In this document: piece after piece, positions 55,975 to 64,000 of the stretch | Numbering within the stretch: the stretch's first letter is position 1 | Layout of the letters: each line of letters opens with the position of its first letter | Assembly (NCBI GenBank): GCA_028534125.1 | Contig: CM052818.1 | Coordinates: forward strand, 9,860,001-9,924,000 | Direction of reading: 5' to 3' | DNA: 64,000 bases | From: Lama glama | Taxonomy: Eukaryota | The notes under the pieces: generated by a model | Told to the model about the DNA's origin: nothing | The model's input: only the letters and a program-made list of their open reading frames with translations | The model's database searches: none | Translations under genes and position numbers: made by a program

Positions 55975-56858
55975 TCTAGAAAAAACTCACTGTGTTTTCC
56001 TTTACTCTCATACACAACATTTCTGAACCCAGGTTATGGGTTTTTCTCACAATGACTAATTCTCTGACACTAGCTGGGTGTCCTGCTATTCTGTTCAATT
56101 CTGACACTAACTGGAGTTAGTGTCAACCCTACAGGATAAGGACTCAGTCCTACAAGAGTGCCCCTCACTTCAGAGGCCAATCCCAATTAGTAGGTCCTTG
56201 GGTTACCCACAACTTCTATCTGACTTGGCTACAGATTGGAGGTTCCCAAGACCCACTCCTTGGGTTCAATAATTTGCTAGAGTGGCTCTCAGAACCCAGG
56301 AAAAAGTTTACTATTGCTGATTTGTTACAAAGGATATTCTAAAGGGTACAAATGAATAGTCATATGAAGAGACACATAGGGCAAGGTCTGGAAAGGTCTT
56401 GAGAGTAAGAGCTTCTGTCCCTGTGGAATTGGAGGGTGCCACCCTCCCAGCACATGGATGTGTTCACCAACCCCATGCTCTCTGGATCCTGTACTTTGTT
56501 GATTTTTACGCAGGCTTCATCGCATGGCTATCATCCATTATGAACCCCACTTCCAGGCTTTTTCCCCTCCACAGAGAACTGGGGAAGGGGGCACCTGAAA
56601 TTTCCAAGCTTCTAATCATGGCTTGGGCTTTCTCGTGACCAGCCTCCATCCAGGAGCCCACCCAGAGTTGCCTCATTGGAACAAAAGGCATTCCTATCAC
56701 CCAGGGAACGACAAAGGTCTTAGGAGCTCTGGGGCAGGAACTGGGATCAAAGACTGAATATTTGAGCAAAAGATTTTCCTAGCACTCTTATTTACAAAGA
56801 TTTAAGAGCTCTGTGTCAGGAACTGGGGGCAGAGACCAAAATATATATTTATTTCACA
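55975..56858 (-). mobile_element. MER21-like ERV LTR
   Basis: gacactagctgggtgtcctgctattctgttcaattctgacacta...ggactcagtcctacaaga...gagctctgtgtcaggaactgggggcagagaccaaa. Confidence 0.7.
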
Positions 56859-57709
56859 GGGACTACTTACCAAGGTGTCGGCTGTGCATAGGTACCCAGC
56901 GCTCTAACAGCAGGCTCTGTTTCCACTCCTAGACCTGCAGGGGACAGGGAAGGGAGGACTTACAGGAACCCAGAGACAGGGAGAGCTGTATGGACACAGC
57001 CACCTGGCAGGAGCAGAGACCTCTGAAGTGACCCTGCTGGGAAATAAACACCCGGACCTTGTTCTCCTGACCCTCCATCTCCTGCCAGTGCCCCCCAAAC
57101 TTTGGCTGAACCCAACTTGAAGCCAGAGGGCAGAGCAGCCTGATGATGCAGTCCTGGGCACAGAGTACAGCCGGGAAGGTGCAGAGAGGATCAGGAGGGC
57201 AAATAGAAGACACTTGCACAGCTGGGAACACAAAGCACCTGTGAAAATTCCTAAAGTATCTACCCTCGGCCCTTCCTCCACTTAGTCTTAAGGTTTCACA
57301 CATGAAACTTTAAATAAGTGACATAATAAAATGATGGCAAATGCTAAAATCGTTCCTTTACCTCTGAGAGGGCTGCTGTCTCTCAGCTGTTCAGCCACTG
57401 CTGTTTGGCTGAAGTGGTGGGGAATTCTATAATGCAGAAGATTAGCAAAATATCAGACATCACAAACTCAGATGTCTCGGGGGGCCAGGCAGGTGAAGAA
57501 AATCACACTAAATAAAACATCAGTGGATGCAGCTGCAGGCAGCCAGTGGGTGATCGCTGGCTCCCTTTCCTAATGATATTGCCTTTCATCAGCCTTAAGT
57601 TAATGGTGATGAGCAAATACCAATCACTTCCAGCTTTGTAGAAATCAGTCTCTCCTAAGCCCTTCCAAAGGACTGAAGCCCTGGTAACTGTGGGCATAAG
57701 GCTAGGTGT

Positions 57710-57920
57710 GCTTCTGGAGGAGTGCGAGGTGCAAGCACTGTTCTAAGGGCTTCACCTGAATTAGCTCCTTTAATCCCTTCCAGGCCCCTACAAGACAAGA
57801 ATGATTATAATCACTACAGGTGAGGAAACTGAGGCAAAGAAATGTTAAGGATGGATGAGGTGACATACTACATCTCTTCTGCAGTGCATTCTAGGCAGGA
57901 CTGTCTAGCTGGCAAGAGCT
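57710..57920 (-). mobile_element. MIR SINE
   Basis: tacaggtgaggaaactgaggcaaagaaatgttaag. Confidence 0.7.
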
Positions 57921-58419
57921 CAGGGGATTGTGTATTAATTTTTGAATCTTATTTTAATCTAACTTGGTTTAAAAAAGATTTGAGGTGTCTAAAATATTTC
58001 ACATTTGAAACACATTGTATCATTAAGGAAACAGTTAATCTGGAAGGTAATAAATGTTCCTTTTAGAGAGGCCAAGTATTTGCACGGCCACAGTCCTGGC
58101 TGCATTAACCTCCTGGGTGCAGGAAGTCACAGTAGCCTCTCTTCACTTGTCTGGACACCTGCCTGGGCCTCGTGGGGCCTATGGGTTTCCAGGCGCTACA
58201 TGTACTCTGCATTCTAGACATACTCCTTTGGAACAGACAAATGGTGGGGAGAGGTAGGCTTGGTAGAAGGTTCTTCTTGGCCACCTTAACCCACCACCTG
58301 CGCTCCTCTGTATTCAACAACATATGAGTGTTTGATCTCAACAGTGGGTGTTTACTCCCTTCCAAGATACATCAACATAAGCAAACCATTATTTGCAAAC
58401 CTCTAGCACTGCACTGGAT

Positions 58420-61400
58420 AAGTGGGGTGGGAAGTGACATCTTGCCCTGTTCCTAATCTTAGGGGGAAAGCATTCATTCTTTCACCACAAACAATAATGT
58501 TAGCTGTGGGTTTTTGGTAGATGCTCTTAGAAAGTTAAGGAAATTCCCCTCTGTTCCTATTTTTATTGTAAGTGGGTATTGACTTTTGTCAAATGATTTT
58601 TTTCCGCATCAATTAATCTGATATTGTAATTTTAATTAAGTTGATGTGGTGGATTACCTTGATCATTTTTTAAATGTTGTATTAGTCCTGCATACTTGGC
58701 AGAAATCGCACTTGGTCATGATATATAGTTCTTTTTATACATTGCTGGGTTAGATTTTTTAATATTTTGTTGAGGATTTTTGCATCTAAGTTGATGAGAG
58801 ATATTGGTCTGTAGTTTTCTTTTTTTGCACTATCTTTGGTTTTGGTATCAGGGTAATACTAGCTCCACAAAATAATTAGAAAATGTCCTGTTTTCTGGAA
58901 GAGATTGGGTAGAGTTGGTGTTAACTCCTGTGTCATTGTTTGGGAGAATTCTCCAGGGACGCTATCTGGGCTTGGAGATTTCTTTTTTAGGAGTTATAAA
59001 ATCATGAATTCAATTTCCTGAATTGTTGTAAGTCTATTTAAATGATTACGTTCATATGGGGTGAGTTGTGGTAGTTTGTGTTACTCAAGGAATTAGTTCT
59101 TCATCTAAGTTGTCCACTTAGGTGTTTAGAGTTTTGTTTTATTTGTTCTTAGTATTCCCTTATCATCCTTTTGATGTCTTCAGGGTCTGTAGTGATATCC
59201 TCTGTTTCCTTCTTTTTATGTTTTTTTAATTAACAGCTGAGGTATAATTGATATACAAAAAAACTGCACAAATTTAATGTATGCAGTTTGATAAGTTTGG
59301 ACATATGCATACACCCATGAAACCGTCACCACAAACAAGGTAACAAATATAGATAGCTGTGGCCTCCAAAGGTTTCCTTGTGCTCCCTCTCTTTTTGGTG
59401 CTTATTACCATTTTCCTTCTATTTCTGGGGTCCGTTCTGTTGCTGGAGTTCTTTTTAGTGCTAAGAACACAGTATGAGAGCTCCCTTTTAAATACATTTT
59501 TAAAGTGCACAATACAGTATTGGTAACTATAGGCACTGTGTTATATAGTAGATCTCTAGAACTTACTTTTGCATAATTGAAATTTTGTACCCGCTGAACA
59601 ACTCCCCATTTCCCCCACCCTGCCCACCCTAGCCTCTGGCAACCACCATTCGACTACCTGCTTCTATGAGCTTGATTATTTTAGCTGCCTCCCATAAGCA
59701 GAATCATGCAGTATATGCTCGTCTGTGACTGGCTTGTTTCACTTAGTGTAATGTCCTCTGGGTTCATCCATATTGTCACAGATGGCAGGACTGCCTTCTT
59801 TTTTTAAGGCTGAATTATCTTCCATCGTACATATAGACCACATTTTCATTATCCATTCATCTGTCAATGGACATTTAGGTTATTTCCATAACCTGGCTAT
59901 TGTGAATAATGCTGCAATGAATGTGAAGATGCAAATAGTTCTTTGAGATCCTGATTCCCCTCAAATATATTTATCCAAAAGAACAAAAATCAGAAAGAAT
60001 TGAAATATTTTGTCAGTTCACTGATTTTTTTGCTCTATCCTCTCTATTCTGCTATTTTTATTGGTTTATATCTTTTAAAACAAATATTTTTCTTTGGGGT
60101 AGGGATAAAAAAGGGTTATTATGGGATTTTGTGAAATCATGTGTGTGAAACTTTTGAAAATTGTAAAGCTCTACAGAATTCAAAGAATCTTTCAAAAATA
60201 TAAATAAAAAATAAATTTTTTTCTTGAACTGTATCTTTTTTAAAAAATTGAGTTGATGAACAATCATTGATGAACAATTTATGTTAATTTTGGGTGCACT
60301 ACATAGTGATTTGACATCAGCATACACTATGAAATGATGACCACGATAAGTCTAATAACCATCTATCCCCATACAAAGTGATTACGATATTACTGCCCAC
60401 ATTCCTGATGCTGTATTTACATCCTTGTGCTTTATTTATTGTAAAACTGGAAGTTTGTACCTCTTAATTCCCTTCACCTATCTCTCCCCTCTGGCAACTA
60501 CCCGTTTGGTTTTCTGTATCTATGAGTGTTTTCATTTGTTTTTGTTATTTAGATTCCACATAGAAGTGAGATCATATAGTATTTATCTTTCTTTGTCTGA
60601 CTTACTTCATTTAGCATAATATCCTCTAGATCCATCCATGTTGTTGTTTCAGATGGCAAGACTTCTTTATAGCTGAGTTATATTCTGTTATATATATACA
60701 CACATACCACATCTTCTTTACCTATTCATCTACTGATGGATCCTTAGGCTATCTCAAGAAATATGTCCACACCCTTACTCCAGAACCTAATGTCTTCTCT
60801 TGTCCTTATTACCATCTTCTTTCTATTTCTGGGGTCTGTTCTGTTGCTGGAATTCAACTCATCCTCCCCCTGAACCTTTACAGGCAGTGTGGTCTGATGA
60901 CACCTTATATTGTAATTCTATTTTTTAATTTTTTGAGGAATCTCCATGCTGCACCAAATTGGCTGCACCAATTTACACTCCCACTAACAGTACATGAGAG
61001 CTCCCTTTTTGGAATTTTGTATCTTTTCAAAGAATCAACTTTGGGGTTTATTGTTCTTTCCCATCATTTCTTTCTTCCATCTATTTCTTTAATTTCTTCT
61101 CTTATCCTTATTACCATCTTTTTTCTATGTTTTTTGGGTTTCTTCTGTTGCTGAACTTGAATTCAACTTAACTTGAGTAGTTAGGTGACTAATTTTCAGT
61201 CTTTCTTCTTTTCTAATATAAGCATTTAAGACTACAAATTTTCCTTAAGCAACACTTTGCTGCATCTCACAAGTTTTGTCATGTTGTATTTTTATCATCA
61301 TTCAGTTCTAAGCATGTTTTTTTAAAAAAAAAGTTATGACTTCTCCTTTGACCAATGAATTGTTTAAAAAATGTTCTAAAATTTCCAAATGTAAGGGGGC

Positions 61401-61500
61401 TTTTTTTTTCTTTTGGTAATTGAGTCTTATTTAACTGCATTGTGGGCAGAGATTTTGTTCTGTATGACTGATACCTATTCTTTCCAATCTGTTGAGACTT
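58420..61500 (-). mobile_element. Cluster of L1 fragments (ORF2 58420-59210; 3' ends 59220-59960 and 60235-61010; short plus-strand L1 tail about 60095-60212; ORF2 61015-61500)
   Basis: gacatcttgccctgttcctaatcttagggggaaagc, tgactggcttgtttcacttag, gaaatcatgtgtgtgaaacttttgaaaattgtaaagc. Confidence 0.85.
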
Positions 61501-61515
61501 GCTTATACTCTAGTT

Positions 61516-63864
61516 CAGCAGTGCTCAACTGTAGTCTGCAGATCCCTGGGGATTCCCAAGACCCTTTTAGTTTTGACTATGAGGTCAAAACTATGTTCAT
61601 AACAATGTTGGGACATCGTTTGTCTTTTTCCTGTGTTGTGTGCTATTTGCACATGGCAGGTAAAACTCCTGGTGCCCTGGCTTGAACCCAGGAGGTGGCA
61701 CCAAACTGTACCACAACTCATTGTCTTCTTCATCCCCACAAACTTGCAGGGGGGGAAAAAAAAACCTGTTTCACTTAAGAATGTCCTTGATGAAGCAGCA
61801 GAAAACTTATACTTTTAATAAGTCTTGAACCACTTTTGCTGCATTCCAAAGATTGATGGTTGTCCTGTGGAAAAGCACTTATGTGACTCAAGTTGAAAGC
61901 AGAATCAGCTTTTTTTCTAAATGAAAACCTTTTTTTTTTTTAAATAGAGAGAACAATTGACAAACAATCTTGGTTATTCAGACTTGGGTATTTGGCAGAT
62001 ATTTTCTTTAAAATTGTCCTATTAAGCCTGCCACTTTAAGGAAAAACTATTGATAATAATTGTCAATGGTAACATTTGAGCTTTCATGTAAAAATTCGAA
62101 TTTAGGAAATCTTATATACACCACTGTAAGCCTGACAGCTTTCTGATACGTAAGAACCTTTCTGATGAGATTGGTGGTGATATTATTAAGAGTGATTTTT
62201 AAAAATACACATTCTATTAAAAAAAGTGTCAACATTTGGAAGATCTACATATCTCAGTGAATCATTATTTTCCAAATGATCGATGATGCCCAAAATTATG
62301 AATGAGAGAAAGGCTGACTCAAAGCAAAATAGACTGATGGATTTTCACGTGGCAGAGTGCATTAAAGTTCACTGACATGGTTTCAGATTCTACATTCAAT
62401 TAACCTTTAAGAAATTGTCACATGTCGAATTTGAGTGTAGTATCAGAGAAGAACATCCGCAATAGTCTGAAAAAGCTACTAAAATACTCCTCCCTTTTCG
62501 AGCTACAGATCCATGTGTCAATGCCTTCCAGCCAAACACTGCCAAGAAAAGAGCTGTAACTAAACAAGCTGGGTTTATTACTCATTGCAGGGAAGGAGAG
62601 TATATACCAGGAGAGCCTGGCATCTTGGTGAAATGGTTAGGTAACTGGTTAGGTAATTTTGGGGAAGGATTTAAGAAAGCAGAGCTTTATTCTGGACAGG
62701 ATGCTGTAAGGAAGTAGGAGTAATTCTATGATTGGGTTTCTTAATAAATCTTGTTTTTAGGAAGGTATAGAGGGTTGAATGGGGACCTCGAAAAAGATAT
62801 GTCCGCATCCTTACCCTAGAACCTGTGAATGTTAGCTTAATTGAAAAAAAAGGTCTTTGCAGATGGTTGTAATTAAGTTAAAGATCTCCAGATGAGATCA
62901 TCTTGGATTATCTGAGTGGGTCCTGACTCTATGACAAGTCTCCTTACAGAGAAAGGCAGAGGGAGATCTGAAACAGACACAAAGGAGAAGGCCACGGGGA
63001 GACAGAGGCAGACACTGGAGTGATGTGACCACAGAAGTGGGAAGAGATGGGGAAGGATCTTCCCCTGGAGACTTTAGAGGGAGTGAGACCCTGAAGACAC
63101 CCTGCCTTGTCAATTCTGACTCCAGAACTGGGAGAGAATAAAGCTCTGCTGTCTTAAGCCCCCATGTTTGTGGACACTGGTTTCAGTAGCCACATGCAAC
63201 TACCACAGAAGGGCCGCGTGGAGAGATGCCCGAGCTGTAGTTCTAAAGACACAGTGGTTACTCACATGAGCCAGAGCAGGGAGGTGTCTGGTCACTTTTC
63301 ACGGCTTAGACAAGTTCATGGTCTTGTTTTCGTCTCCGCCCGTCATGGTCACAGAGTGGCTCTGTCTGGGGTGGACGCTCTGTGACCTTGACCACCAAAG
63401 GCAGCTGGGTGCCAGACCAGCTCCCAGCAACACCACATCCTGCTGGGCCCCAGGGGCTGCTTTTCTCATTCTCATGGCTGAGGCTGGACTTTCTGCATAG
63501 ACTCCAACCTAAACAACCAATCACAGCCGGTGGAAAGCAGAAGCTGCTGTGAGAACCCAGCTGTTTTCTATTAAGCGGGCTTTAAAGAGATTTGCCAAAA
63601 TGTGAAACAATAAAGTTCTTCTCACTAAGTAAGAAAAGCTATTTTTCATAAAAATGTTATTTACATTAACACACAATGGTATTATTATTTTTGTTCATTT
63701 AAATAAACATTTGTATTTATTTATTAAGTTAATAAACACATAAAACATCTTTCAGTTTTAATTTCTAATCTTGTAAATATTGGTAAATATAGCCTCCATA
63801 AACTTCTTCAGTAATTTTTAAGAGTATAAAGTGGTCCTGAGACCAAAAATGTTGAGAATCACTG
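61516..63864 (+). mobile_element. Charlie1-type hAT element interrupted by an ERVL-like LTR (about 62515-63468, minus), itself interrupted by an MLT1 LTR (about 62765-63205)
   Basis: Termini cagcagtgctcaa / ttgagaatcactg with TSD ctctagtt / gcctagtt; internal homology to 25257-26854; MLT1 motifs agaacctgtgaatgtt, ctccagaactgggagagaataaa. Confidence 0.75.
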
Positions 63865-64000
63865 GCCTAGTTCATTGACAATTTTTGTAAATATACCATA
63901 TATACTGTCTAACTTTGAGGGGCAGGTTTCCATACATGCCCACTAAACCAACCTTGCTAAGTGTGTTCTCAATATGTATATCTGAGTTTTGGAAGGCCTA

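Noticed and set aside
56399..57303. 125-aa and 124-aa minus-strand ORFs
   Set aside because: Within LTR-derived sequence; low-information Cys/Ser/Pro/Leu-rich translations with no recognisable homology

Overview
Mammalian genomic DNA, most likely camelid (alpaca/llama/camel), inferred from a full-length Vic-1-type tRNA-derived SINE. The window holds one complete protein-coding gene, PAPOLG (poly(A) polymerase gamma), on the minus strand. I traced all 22 coding exons by hand with canonical GT-AG boundaries, from ATG at 38593 to TAA at 9871 (2226 nt, 741 aa, no frameshift). It has a CpG-island promoter at about 38.15-39.0 kb and a 3' UTR running towards about 6.4 kb. The rest is intronic and intergenic sequence dense in repeats (L1, HAL1-like, L2, MIR, Tigger, Charlie, MaLR/ERV LTRs), plus a retroposed 5S rRNA pseudogene in intron 3. 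Repeat family names come from remembered consensus sequences and need RepeatMasker/Dfam confirmation. I found no novel multi-gene system. The most notable observation is a 16-nt poly(A)-only retro-insertion whose 17-bp target-site duplication copied the exon 5 splice donor exactly 33 nt downstream, in frame, which could add [11 protein letters not shown] inside the catalytic domain. Other leads are candidate poison exons, a short uORF, a perfect 18-bp inverted repeat and locally templated insertions.
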